Shown piece after piece: positions 49,040 to 58,866 of a stretch of 64,000 nt of DNA. Where the stretch lies: contig JBFHER010000001.1 in the NCBI GenBank assembly GCA_041584055.1, positions 17,143 through 81,142 of the forward strand, given 5' to 3'. This DNA comes from Bacteroidales bacterium. GTDB taxonomy: Bacteria > Bacteroidota > Bacteroidia > Bacteroidales > UBA5342. The notes beneath the pieces are model-generated. The model was not told where the DNA came from. It saw only the letters and a program-made list of their open reading frames with translations, and searched no databases. Position numbers and translations under genes: made by a program. Within the stretch, counting starts at the first letter, position 1; each line of letters opens with the position of its first letter.

Positions 49040-51403
49040 ATGAAGAAAGCAATTGTAACTTTTTTAATCCTGCTATGTGGACTTACGCTGCAGTTACAGG
49101 GACAGATAAGCTTTGAAGCTGATTTTACGGATACAACTCAGGCAAGAAGGGCTATTCATCATCCTCTGGATATCTACAATCGTATTTCTCCCATCACTGG
49201 CTTTGCAAGTCCGGTCACCGAAAATGCCAAATTATGCATTGTTCGTCCTTTGGGCGGAAAATATAAAGACGGAAGTGCAAATATAAGCGAAGATACCTAC
49301 CTGTGGGATGAAGAACAACAAACCTTCTTTACCGATTTCACCTTGCTGAAAAAGCAAATCGATGGTGTGTTCAACAAAGGGTTTGGCATTCATCAGATTG
49401 TGTTGGATAACCCTTCCTGGGCATTTCAACGTGATTCACTTGGTAATTTGGAAGGCGGTTCCTTAAAGGTTTCCACCTACGGAAATGCAGAGCCTCCAAG
49501 AGACTTTAACGCCTGGGCTGACTATCTGAAAGAAGTGATGAACTTTTTAATTTCCACTTATGGAGAACAAGAGATGTTGAAAATCCAGTTCGGGATCGGT
49601 CGTGAAATTGGAACAGAAGGTCACTGGACGGGGACGAAAGAGCAGTTCTTTGACTTTTACAGGAAATCGGTAGCTGCAATTCACGAGGTACTTCCTGAAG
49701 CAAAGGTAGGTTCTCACTTTTTATGGGGATCTTCGTCTAAATCATGGGCAGTGGATTTTGTGAAGTGGTGCAAAACCAACAATGTCGATTACGATCAGCT
49801 TGGTGTTTCGTATTATCCTTTTTATAATCAAATAAGCAGAACATATTTTCCTCAAGTATACAACACTGACTTTGGCCTTATAAAAGATATCCCCGAATGG
49901 AATGAGAATGCAGTCTTTGAAATTCATGAATATGCATTGATAGAAACAATGAATAGCCAGGGGAATGGTTATGAGAGTGCTGCTGCCAAATATCAGAATT
50001 CTTTTTTAGTAGGACTAATGAAAATGTTCTTTGAAAATGATATGAAAAACCTGTTTCAATGGGGGACTGGAACACAATATATGCCGGCAAGTACCGAAAT
50101 TTTAAAAATGAAGGGAAACATTTATTACCAAAGTACAACGAGCGATGATCAGATATTAAATATGTATTTTGTTGATGCCATTTTTGCAAAGGATACAGTT
50201 CAACATAAGTATAATGTAATGATCTACAATTATAATGCAAATCCTTTATCAAATGGAATTATAAATGCAACTGTTCAGGCTACAATTGATGCTCCACCGG
50301 GAACGAATATCAAATACCGTTCTGCGGTTTATAATAAGGCGGATGGAACATTGCCGTGGTCATCGTGGCAATTTGCCACTACTGAAGGATCGTTCTCCAA
50401 TGTATCAACGATAAGGTTTAATGAACAACTACCCGTTTTTTCGTTCCTAAAGTATGAATTTCTAGTTACGGATGAAGAACCGGAAGAAATCGATTCAGCT
50501 TCAATGGTGGATAAGCTGATTTTCTATTATCCACTCGAAAACAATGGAATGGATGCGAGCAAGAATAAAAATCATGCCACCTTAGGAAGTGCGGTTACAT
50601 TCTCATCCGGAAAAGAAGGACAAGGTGCCTCCTTTAGCTATACTGAAGGGTCATTTTTAACATCTGCTGATTCTGTATTTAAATACAGCTATCCAACGGC
50701 TTATACCATTGCATTTTGGTTAAAGGTTTCGGACTATAGTCAACGTGGAGATATCTTACAACCTGCTGGCGGTAGAACACTCCTTTATTCAAACGGAGAT
50801 TTGAGTTTCAGAACATTTCATCAAAAACAATCCGTTTCTTTTAGCGTGAGTGAGGAAGAAAAAGATGAATGGTTTCATGTGGCGATGGTGATCGATCAGC
50901 GAGAAGGACAAACGCAGCATAAGTTTTATGTCAATGGCGTGCCAAGGGGCTCCGTAGCTGATGGGTACCTGCTGGAAACAGATAAACCACAATCCATTGG
51001 TCGTTTAATCTTTGGGGCTTCTTCCGATGAGCAATTACAACGTAATTTTAGTGGCATGCTGGATGAGATATACTTGTTTGATGACGTCCTTTCTGAAATG
51101 GAGATTGACTTTTTGATGAATTCTAAAGGTTTGATTGATTATACCTCCGTTAACACAGGCATTCATAACATGAATCGCAAGGATAATATAAAATTGTTTC
51201 CTATTCCGGCAAATAGCATCCTGAATATTAGCGGCGTAAATGCTATTGACGCGGGGGTTTACGATTTATCAGGTGCCTTACTAAAAATATATAATGTAAC
51301 GAATAATCAACTGGATGTTACTTCGCTGAGAAAAGGCATGTATTTACTTAAAATCTCAGACATAAACGGGAGGGAAGCAATCAAACGTTTTATGATCCGA
51401 TAG
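49040..51403 (+). CDS. T9SS-secreted multidomain enzyme: divergent clan GH-A (GH39-like) barrel, LamG/ConA-like domain and Por/T9SS C-terminal sorting domain
   Basis: GH39-like string 'YGNAEPPRDFNAWADYLKEVMNFLISTYGEQEMLKIQFGIGREIG...AKVGSHF...GVSYYPFY...FEIHEYAL'. LamG-like 'YTIAFWLKV..WFHVAMVID..KFYVNGV..FSGMLDEIYLFD'. T9SS CTD 'IKLFPIPANSILNISG...GMYLLKISDINGREAIKRFMIR'. Confidence 0.6.
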   Translation: MKKAIVTFLILLCGLTLQLQGQISFEADFTDTTQARRAIHHPLDIYNRISPITGFASPVTENAKLCIVRPLGGKYKDGSANISEDTYLWDEEQQTFFTDFTLLKKQIDGVFNKGFGIHQIVLDNPSWAFQRDSLGNLEGGSLKVSTYGNAEPPRDFNAWADYLKEVMNFLISTYGEQEMLKIQFGIGREIGTEGHWTGTKEQFFDFYRKSVAAIHEVLPEAKVGSHFLWGSSSKSWAVDFVKWCKTNNVDYDQLGVSYYPFYNQISRTYFPQVYNTDFGLIKDIPEWNENAVFEIHEYALIETMNSQGNGYESAAAKYQNSFLVGLMKMFFENDMKNLFQWGTGTQYMPASTEILKMKGNIYYQSTTSDDQILNMYFVDAIFAKDTVQHKYNVMIYNYNANPLSNGIINATVQATIDAPPGTNIKYRSAVYNKADGTLPWSSWQFATTEGSFSNVSTIRFNEQLPVFSFLKYEFLVTDEEPEEIDSASMVDKLIFYYPLENNGMDASKNKNHATLGSAVTFSSGKEGQGASFSYTEGSFLTSADSVFKYSYPTAYTIAFWLKVSDYSQRGDILQPAGGRTLLYSNGDLSFRTFHQKQSVSFSVSEEEKDEWFHVAMVIDQREGQTQHKFYVNGVPRGSVADGYLLETDKPQSIGRLIFGASSDEQLQRNFSGMLDEIYLFDDVLSEMEIDFLMNSKGLIDYTSVNTGIHNMNRKDNIKLFPIPANSILNISGVNAIDAGVYDLSGALLKIYNVTNNQLDVTSLRKGMYLLKISDINGREAIKRFMIR

Positions 51404-51450
51404 TGATTGGATATAAAAATGGTTGGTATTATTAGTTTTAAACAGGAGAG

Positions 51451-52836
51451 ATGATTATAATAAAAAAAACGACATTTTTGTTGATGGTACTTGTCGTGCT
51501 ATTTTCAAGCTGTAAGAAAAGTGAGAAGCCTAATGTTTTGTTTATTGCCATTGATGATTTACGCCCCGAACTGGGCTGCTACGGTGCACCACAGGTAAAG
51601 TCACCTAACATTGATCAATTGGCTGCAGAAGGGCTTGTTTTTAACCGGGCATACTGCAATGTTCCCGTTTGTGGCGCGTCAAGGGCCAGTCTGCTGACAG
51701 GTATTTTGCCAACCAAAAATCGTTTTATCGATTATTTGGCGAAAGCCGAAGTCGATGTCCCTAAGGCGCAGACTCTACCCGGCGTATTTAAAGCAGCCGG
51801 ATATACGTGTATTTCTAACGGTAAAATATTTCATTATAACAAAGATGCGCAGGATCAAAGTTGGAGTCAAAAACCCTGGATGCCGAATGTTTCTCATCGG
51901 GTAAGTTTTGACCCGGTTTCCACTAAGGAGCTTACAAAATCTGGTAATGGTCGTGTATACGAAGCCCCGGAAGTGGCAGACAGCGTTTATCCAGATTACA
52001 AAATTGCGCAAAAAACCATCCGTGATTTACGCCGTTTTAAAGCCTCGGGAGAATCCTTTTTTATGGCTTGTGGGTTTTTCAGACCCCATATGCCATTTTA
52101 TGCCCCTAAGAAATACTGGGATTTGTATGAGAGAGATGCTATTGAGATAGCCCAAAACCGTTATCGTCCCGAAAATGCTCCCGCTTTATTAAGTGGAAGT
52201 GGCGAATTCAGAACCTATACCTTTGGTGATTACACACCAAATACCGACGAATTTCATAAGATGATGCGACATGGGTATTATGCTTGTGTGAGCTATGTAG
52301 ACCAGTTGGTAGGTGAAGTGCTGAGCGAGCTTGAAAACCTCGGTTTGGCAGAGAATACAATTGTTGTACTATGGGGTGACCACGGTTGGCATTTGGGAGA
52401 ACATGAGTTCTGGGGTAAGCATAACACCTTACACAATGCTTTGCAAATTCCGTTAATTGTAAAAGTCCCGGGCAAAGCCAAAGGCAAACAAACCAGGGCA
52501 TTGGTCGAGAGTGTTGATATCTATCCTACACTCTGCCATTTAGCCCAGCTGTCTGTACCTGAGTACATCATGGGCGAGAGCTTTCAATCGATACTTGATC
52601 AGCCTGATCAGAAGTTCAGAGAGGCAGTATATGCGCGTTTTAAAGTGGCAGACGCCGTTGTTACGCAGGATTTTTCGTATTCCTTGTACGAAAACGGAGA
52701 GGAGATGTTGTATAATCGCAAACAGGATCCGGAAGAAAATATGAATGTTGTTGCGGATGCTAACTACGAAAAGGTGCTCGAAGAAATGCGAAATGCATTG
52801 AAAATGAAAAGAAAAAAAGCATCGAGTTATAAATAG
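51451..52836 (+). CDS. S1-family sulfatase, iduronate-2-sulfatase-like, lipoprotein
   Basis: 'PNVLFIAIDDLRPELGCYGAPQVKSPNIDQLAAEGLVFNRAYCNVPVCGASRASLLTGILP' (CxAxR variant). '[16 protein letters not shown]'. 'VLWGDHGWHLGE'. Confidence 0.92.
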   Translation: MIIIKKTTFLLMVLVVLFSSCKKSEKPNVLFIAIDDLRPELGCYGAPQVKSPNIDQLAAEGLVFNRAYCNVPVCGASRASLLTGILPTKNRFIDYLAKAEVDVPKAQTLPGVFKAAGYTCISNGKIFHYNKDAQDQSWSQKPWMPNVSHRVSFDPVSTKELTKSGNGRVYEAPEVADSVYPDYKIAQKTIRDLRRFKASGESFFMACGFFRPHMPFYAPKKYWDLYERDAIEIAQNRYRPENAPALLSGSGEFRTYTFGDYTPNTDEFHKMMRHGYYACVSYVDQLVGEVLSELENLGLAENTIVVLWGDHGWHLGEHEFWGKHNTLHNALQIPLIVKVPGKAKGKQTRALVESVDIYPTLCHLAQLSVPEYIMGESFQSILDQPDQKFREAVYARFKVADAVVTQDFSYSLYENGEEMLYNRKQDPEENMNVVADANYEKVLEEMRNALKMKRKKASSYK

Positions 52837-52842
52837 AAATTT

Positions 52843-54492
52843 ATGAAAATAACAAAAATAACCGTCATAAAAAAAGCAGTTTTCGCATACCTAATACTGA
52901 TGGTATGCCTCACTACTAATCTAATGGGGCAACAACCTAATATCGTTTTTATTATGGCGGATGATTTGGGTTGGACCGATTTAAGCTCTTCTAACACCAG
53001 TCTGGGAAACGAATCCAAATATTATGAAAGTCCACATATCGACAGATTGGCTCAGCAAGGAATGTCCTTTACTTACGCCTATTCGCAGCAAAACTGTCAA
53101 CCCACCCGAGCGGCGCTGCATACCGGACAATATGCAACAGGGCCTCAAAATGGAGTGTACAATGTGGGGAGTCTTCATCGAGCCACAAAGGGTGTTATAA
53201 CCTCGATCGTTTCACACGATCAAACCAACTATTTATCAGAAAAATGTGTCTCAATCTTCGAAACTTTAAAAAAGGTTGGTTACCAGACGGCATGGTTTGG
53301 CAAATTTCATGCAATTAAAACGAGTAATCATGCCAAAAGCTTTCTTGGTGTGGATTATAATTTGGCCGTTCATAAAGAAACCAAAGCGACCGTAAATGGA
53401 AAACAAGTAAATAATGAATTTTTTGCACAAAATGACGACACCAAGGGTTGGATGTTTGAAATAGAAGGTTTAAAACCGTATGCCCAGCCCTATGATTCGA
53501 GCTATATTCACAATGTGTTGGACCCCATTAAGAATGGAAATGATCCATGGCTCTTGGTAGAAACACCAAAACACCTGACAGATGCCCTAGGTGATGCTGT
53601 CGTAGATTATATAAAAGACAAAGCTCACGAGAACAAACCATTTTTTGCCTATGTACCTTTTCATGCAGTTCATGTGACGATTCTTCCTCGTCCTGATTTA
53701 GAATCAAAGTATCAGGCAAAGACATCTTCAGATGAACGTCATGATCATGTTAAATATGCTGCCTTTGTTGAACTGTTGGATCAAACGGTGGGGCGTATCT
53801 TAAATGCGCTTGACGATCCCAACGGAGATGGTGATACCTCAGATGGCATTGCTCAAAATACCTTAGTCGTTTTTTATTCGGACAATGGCGGTTTTATGGG
53901 GCCTACAGATAACACACCATTGCGTTCAAGAAAAGGAACTTACTTTGAAGGTGGTCTTCGTGTTCCTTTGATCTTCAGGTATCCTGGCGTGATAGCATCA
54001 AATGCTGTTAATACCACACAGGAAGTGCATGCCATTGATTTTTATCCAACACTGGCAGAAATGGGAGGGGCAAAGCTTCCAAATCCTCTTGAGCATGAAA
54101 TTGATGGTAAGTCGATTGCTGCAGTCTTAAATGGTGAAACGGAAGCCATTGATGATAAAAGGGTGCTCTATTGGCATTTTCCGGGCTATATGGATGTGCG
54201 CAACATGCCTCAATCTGTTATTCATTATAGGCATTCAGATAATCAACACTATAAGCTTTTTTATCGTTACGAAGATGGATCCTATGAACTCTATAACCTC
54301 AGTGAAGACATTGGTGAAACGACCAATCTTTTAGAATGGTATCCTGATGATGCGACCCTTAATTTAGCCAGAAAGATGAATAATGACTTGCGGGAATGGC
54401 TTATGAAATGCAATGCTCCTACGGGTGCATGGCGAGCTACGGGGAAAACTGTTGCTTATCCGCCCTTGAATATGGATAATAATTACAATTGA
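52843..54492 (+). CDS. S1-family sulfatase (arylsulfatase-like)
   Basis: 'PNIVFIMADDLGWTDL', 'CQPTRAALHTGQY', 'FYSDNGG', 'LYNLSEDIGETTNL'. Confidence 0.92.
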   Translation: MKITKITVIKKAVFAYLILMVCLTTNLMGQQPNIVFIMADDLGWTDLSSSNTSLGNESKYYESPHIDRLAQQGMSFTYAYSQQNCQPTRAALHTGQYATGPQNGVYNVGSLHRATKGVITSIVSHDQTNYLSEKCVSIFETLKKVGYQTAWFGKFHAIKTSNHAKSFLGVDYNLAVHKETKATVNGKQVNNEFFAQNDDTKGWMFEIEGLKPYAQPYDSSYIHNVLDPIKNGNDPWLLVETPKHLTDALGDAVVDYIKDKAHENKPFFAYVPFHAVHVTILPRPDLESKYQAKTSSDERHDHVKYAAFVELLDQTVGRILNALDDPNGDGDTSDGIAQNTLVVFYSDNGGFMGPTDNTPLRSRKGTYFEGGLRVPLIFRYPGVIASNAVNTTQEVHAIDFYPTLAEMGGAKLPNPLEHEIDGKSIAAVLNGETEAIDDKRVLYWHFPGYMDVRNMPQSVIHYRHSDNQHYKLFYRYEDGSYELYNLSEDIGETTNLLEWYPDDATLNLARKMNNDLREWLMKCNAPTGAWRATGKTVAYPPLNMDNNYN

Positions 54493-54529
54493 TTCTCAAA
54501 ATAACATTCAAAATATAAAATTTGCAACT

Positions 54530-55960
54530 ATGTTATATATTATCAGATCTATTCTAGTAGCATTGGTACTGTTATTGGGTTTCCCGAATTTAGGTAAGGC
54601 AAAACAAACGTCAAAACCCAATATCATTTTTTACCTGGCCGATGATCAGGATAAATATGATTATGGCTGTTATGGAAATGATAAAATTAATACGCCGGCT
54701 GTTGATCGATTGGCAAAAGAAGGGATGTTGTTCGAAAATGCCTTTACCGGGCAATCCATTTGTGCACCAAGTCGTTCTCAGCTTTATACTGGTAATTATC
54801 CTCTTAAAAATGGCTGTTTCATCAATCACTTTAGATCAAAGCCTGATCAAAAATCAGTAAGCGCTTATTTAAGAGATCTTGGCTATGAAGTAATCCTTGC
54901 AGGGAAAAGCCATGTGCAACCAGTCTCGGTGTACGATTGGGATTTTGAATGGCCTTCAGTTGATGGCAATGGCCCGCGCAAAGAAATACCATTGGATAGC
55001 ATTCATGCTTATTTTAAAAATGCTAATCAGCCGTTTTGTATGTTTATTACATCTGCCTATCCGCATGCGGAGTATTTTGATGTGCCGGGTAAACCTGCCG
55101 ATAGTCTTCAGTTCTATCCCTTTAATGATCATCTAAAAGCGGATGTGGCAACGCTTAAAAGAAAAAGTGGCTATTATCGCAGCGTGGAAGAGGATAATCA
55201 TCATTTAGCACAGGTGCTACAATATGTGGATGAGGAATTGGACGACAATACATTGTTTATTTACAGTGCGGATCATGGGGTATCGGGAAAATTTACCGTT
55301 TACGACCGTGGTTTGAATGTACCCTTTGTAGCGCGTTGGCCCAAAGTGATAAAAGCCGGTTCGCGTTCCGATGCCTTAATACATTATACCGATGTGGTGC
55401 CTACTTTCATAGATATGGCCGGTGGGGATCCTATTCCTGATATTGACGGAAAAAGTTTCCTGCCGATTCTTAAAGGGGATGATACAGAAATCCACGACTA
55501 TGTGTATGGCGTGCAAACAAATCAGGGGATATTGGCAGCATCTGTATTTCCTGCGCGTTCCATCCGTAGTAAAAAATATCATTACATCCGGAATTTTAAT
55601 GCTTTGGACGTGCTTGATCAAAATTTAGGAAATAATTCTTATGTCAACGCTTTCTTATACATCGGAGCAAATAAGTATAAAAATATACCTTATGAGGAAT
55701 TGTACGATATCGTAAACGATCCTTTTGAGCAGAATAACCTGGCACAAGATGCATCCTGCGCTGCTGTAACAGAACAGTTGGCTGTTGATTTAATAAAATG
55801 GATGAAAGCGCAAGGCGATATCTTAACCGGGGAACCGGGGTATATGCCGCTTATCTATACCAAAAAGTTTCTCATTGATCAGTCAAGAAGTACATTACAA
55901 GTTCCGGATAGCCTTGAAAATACACTTAGGTTGGAAGATTATCTGATATTGGATTATTAA
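54530..55960 (+). CDS. S1-family sulfatase
   Basis: 'PNIIFYLADDQD', 'CAPSRSQLYTGNYP', 'FIYSADHG', 'LYDIVNDPFEQNNL'. Confidence 0.92.
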   Translation: MLYIIRSILVALVLLLGFPNLGKAKQTSKPNIIFYLADDQDKYDYGCYGNDKINTPAVDRLAKEGMLFENAFTGQSICAPSRSQLYTGNYPLKNGCFINHFRSKPDQKSVSAYLRDLGYEVILAGKSHVQPVSVYDWDFEWPSVDGNGPRKEIPLDSIHAYFKNANQPFCMFITSAYPHAEYFDVPGKPADSLQFYPFNDHLKADVATLKRKSGYYRSVEEDNHHLAQVLQYVDEELDDNTLFIYSADHGVSGKFTVYDRGLNVPFVARWPKVIKAGSRSDALIHYTDVVPTFIDMAGGDPIPDIDGKSFLPILKGDDTEIHDYVYGVQTNQGILAASVFPARSIRSKKYHYIRNFNALDVLDQNLGNNSYVNAFLYIGANKYKNIPYEELYDIVNDPFEQNNLAQDASCAAVTEQLAVDLIKWMKAQGDILTGEPGYMPLIYTKKFLIDQSRSTLQVPDSLENTLRLEDYLILDY

Positions 55961-55984
55961 CCCTGGTGGAGGAAAATTTGAATT

Positions 55985-58237
55985 ATGAAAAACAATCGAT
56001 TATTAAGAATCGTGGTTGTAACATTGGTTTTAGCTTCTGCCATGAGTTGTAAGCCATCATTGGAAAAAGATTTTAAAAATCCTCCATGGGAGTTCAAACC
56101 CATGCCTTTTTGGCACATCAATGGTGAACTCACCGGGGATGGCATCCGGCAGCAGATGAAAGATGCAAAGGCAGCTGGTTTTTCGGGGGTCACGCTATTG
56201 CCCCTTGCCGAAAAGAGTCCAACACGTCCTGGTACTTCGCCCAAATTTCTATCGGATGATTATTTTGAGCGTTATCAGGATATGATAGATATTGCCGAAG
56301 AGCTGGATATGGAGATTATTCTTTATGATGACAATGATTTCCCCAGTGGAATGGCTGGTGGTAAAATGGAAGAACTGTATCCGGAACACACCATGAAACG
56401 ACTGGATAAGTTGGAGTACTCCGTAAAAGGGCCACTATTGTTTTCAGAGCCTGTGAATGGCGTTCAGTTGATGTCTGCTGTTGCGATAAATCAAAAAACA
56501 AATGAACGAATAGATATCAGTAGCTTTGAGAATAACGGGAAACTAGAATGGCAAGTCCCTGAGGGCGTATGGAATATTCTTATGTTCCCTTTGGTGAAAG
56601 ATAGTTTCCATAAAAAATACCTCTGCATGGATTTTATGGACACCGTGGCTGTTCGTCACATGATTAATGAGACCTATGAAAAGTATAAAAAACGCTTTGC
56701 TCAGTATTTCGGGAATACCATTAAGACAACTTTTTTTGATGATGTTGGCTTTTGGCGTCATCCACGCAGCTGGACAGCAAAATTCAATGCAAAGTTTGAA
56801 GAGATAAATGGTTATGATCCAAAACCATACTATCCGGCATTGTGGTACGACATTGGCTCGGAAACAGAAGCTGTCAGAAATGCCTTTTTTAATACCAGAG
56901 CAGAGTTGCTGGCAGAGGGATTTCCAAATTTGGTAGGGAAATGGAACGAAGCCAACGGACTGAACAGCACTGGACATCCTCCCGGAAATTATAACGTTTC
57001 TCCCATCGATATGAATGGCGATATTTTTAAGTTTTACAGACACACGCAAATTCCATTAACCGATGCCATTATTGCTTATCAATACGGACAAAATGGGCAT
57101 AAACTGATTGGCTCAGCTGCTGACTATTATGACCGTCCTTTGGTAGCTACGGAGATTTATGGCGCATATAAAGAGGCATCGTTTGATTCCTTAATGTTAT
57201 ACCGTTCAATGATGGATTTATTTGCCCGGGGAGTTAATATGGTAATACCGCACGGCATGTGGTACAATCCTAAATTGGTTTATATCTCCCCTTTGGTGTC
57301 ACCTTACAGCGAGAAAATAGGAGCGGCTTTACCTGCTTATTCCGACTATGTAGGACGTGCAAGTATGTTGCTGCGTGGCGGAAGGCGGGTTAGTGAGATT
57401 GCAGTCCTGTATCCGTTTGAAGGCTTGGCCGGTTGGTTCCGTTTCGATAATCCTGATAAGGTTCGACAAGGGTATTACGTGGCGCCCGAAACCGACTACC
57501 AAATCATCGGTGGCTGGCTTACAAATAATCTTCGACGTGACTTTACCTTTGTGCATCCTGAGCTCTTTTTGAATGAAAAGTATAGCATCGAAAATGATGT
57601 TGTCGTACTCAATAATGAAGAGAACTACCAGGTATATAAAGTAATGATGCTCACTGGAAGCAAAGTCATCTCCTTAAAAACTCTTCAAAAGCTAAAGAAC
57701 TATTACGACCAGGGTGGGAAAATAATAGCAAGCACCTTATTGCCATTTAAATCAGCAGAAAGAGGACTTGATGAGGAAGTGGTGAACCTGGTAAAAGACA
57801 TTTTTGGTATCAATCCTACACGGCAAGATACATTGGTGAAAAATGTGTATAGCTCTAATAATAAGGGAGGAAGCGCGATATTTATGCCGAAACCTGATTC
57901 TGATAACCTGACTCTGGCATTTGAACAATTATCGCTTTCTGCGGATGTAGCTTTCGAAGAAAATCCTCAACTCTCCACCGACTTTGGTAAGTTTAACTAT
58001 ATACACAAAATTAAAGATGGGAAGCATATTTATTTCTTTACCAATTCAAGTGATGAATTGATTCAAACTGAAGTAGTCCTTCGAGGTCAACTAAGATTAG
58101 AGCACTGGGATCCACATAATGGCAAAATATCTAAGCTTGAAACGATGACTTTGGTTGATGGGGATGAAATGATTCATACCAGATGTAAACTCAGGTTGGC
58201 GCCAGTAAGTTCTGCCTTTTGGATAGCTAAGGAATAA
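55985..58237 (+). CDS. Short GH106-like ('NPP..FWxxNG') glycoside hydrolase lipoprotein
   Basis: Lipobox 'AMSCKPS'. 'FKNPPWEFKPMPFWHINGELT..MKDAKAAGFSGVTLLPL' is homologous to the N-termini of 29904 and 37179. It lacks their 'NLWPNRLIGDE' tail. Confidence 0.55.
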   Translation: MKNNRLLRIVVVTLVLASAMSCKPSLEKDFKNPPWEFKPMPFWHINGELTGDGIRQQMKDAKAAGFSGVTLLPLAEKSPTRPGTSPKFLSDDYFERYQDMIDIAEELDMEIILYDDNDFPSGMAGGKMEELYPEHTMKRLDKLEYSVKGPLLFSEPVNGVQLMSAVAINQKTNERIDISSFENNGKLEWQVPEGVWNILMFPLVKDSFHKKYLCMDFMDTVAVRHMINETYEKYKKRFAQYFGNTIKTTFFDDVGFWRHPRSWTAKFNAKFEEINGYDPKPYYPALWYDIGSETEAVRNAFFNTRAELLAEGFPNLVGKWNEANGLNSTGHPPGNYNVSPIDMNGDIFKFYRHTQIPLTDAIIAYQYGQNGHKLIGSAADYYDRPLVATEIYGAYKEASFDSLMLYRSMMDLFARGVNMVIPHGMWYNPKLVYISPLVSPYSEKIGAALPAYSDYVGRASMLLRGGRRVSEIAVLYPFEGLAGWFRFDNPDKVRQGYYVAPETDYQIIGGWLTNNLRRDFTFVHPELFLNEKYSIENDVVVLNNEENYQVYKVMMLTGSKVISLKTLQKLKNYYDQGGKIIASTLLPFKSAERGLDEEVVNLVKDIFGINPTRQDTLVKNVYSSNNKGGSAIFMPKPDSDNLTLAFEQLSLSADVAFEENPQLSTDFGKFNYIHKIKDGKHIYFFTNSSDELIQTEVVLRGQLRLEHWDPHNGKISKLETMTLVDGDEMIHTRCKLRLAPVSSAFWIAKE

Positions 58238-58614
58238 GGCAATCCTAAATGGCATTTATGAAACAACAACGCACAAAAAAGGATTTCATTTGAAAAACTG
58301 ACGATTGACAACAGGATAGAAACAAACCTTATCTTCCCGAAAACATAATATAATCCCACGTTGGGCAATCGTGTTGGAAATATTGATTGGCAGTAACTTC
58401 AAGGTGGGTTGAAAACGATGTCACAATAGTAAGTAGGAAATCCTTTTGAGAGATATCAACCCGCAGTTGTTGACTTTCAGTTTTCAAACTCCTTCTGCCG
58501 CTTGAAGTAAATTGTTCGGCTAAACCAGTTCCTTTGGAAGTTTATTTTTCCCTACGTTATTGTTATGCTTAGAATTGTTCTATTTTTGCATTTGCACTTG
58601 CAGTATCAGACTTA

Positions 58615-58770
58615 ATGAAAAAAACGGGAGTTACCATAGCATTTGTCTTCTTTTTAAACCTCTTGTTGTTTTCGCAACGTCCTGCGATGCATTTTAAACA
58701 TATAACGAGCGATCAAGGTCTTCTGTCAAATTACATTACCTCAATTGTTGAGGATAAACTTGGTTTCTGA
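58615..58770 (+). pseudogene. 51-codon remnant of the N-terminus of a hybrid two-component system / Reg_prop sensor
   Basis: ATG at 58615, TGA at 58768-58770. 'MKKTGVTIAFVFFLNLLLFSQ' is a signal/anchor. 'FKHITSDQGLLSNYITSIVEDKLGF' matches the first two-component-regulator propeller repeat (consensus F.HLT..DGLS.N.V..I.QD..GF.W). The frame stops where the propeller should continue. Not in the ORF track because it is too short. Confidence 0.55.
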
Positions 58771-58777
58771 ATTCGCC

Positions 58778-58785
58778 TATCTTTG
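58778..58785 (+). promoter_or_regulatory. Candidate Bacteroidota -7 promoter box (TAnnTTTG) for the GH95-like gene
   Basis: 'tatctttg' lies 82 nt upstream of the ATG at 58867. It matches the published Bacteroides sigma-ABfr -7 consensus TAnnTTTG. A single 8-mer match can arise by chance. Confidence 0.25.
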
Positions 58786-58866
58786 AAATGGATGGTTTAA
58801 ATTGATTGTAATTGTCGTAAAAGATGAAAGCAAAGCCTTTAACTTTTACAAGAAAAAAATAAATAA

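Noticed and set aside
56543-57049. 168-aa minus-strand ORF inside the short GH106-like gene
   Set aside because: It is antisense to a conserved 750-aa ORF, and its composition (Ile/Phe/Cys-rich) has no domain signature. Treated as a shadow ORF.
58238-58614. Possible additional pseudogene fragments or an sRNA upstream of the HTCS stump
   Set aside because: I translated all frames on both strands by eye and found no stretch resembling sulfatase, GH, SusC/D, HTCS or transposase sequences. Only 5-bp inverted repeats were found. The evidence is insufficient to call a feature.
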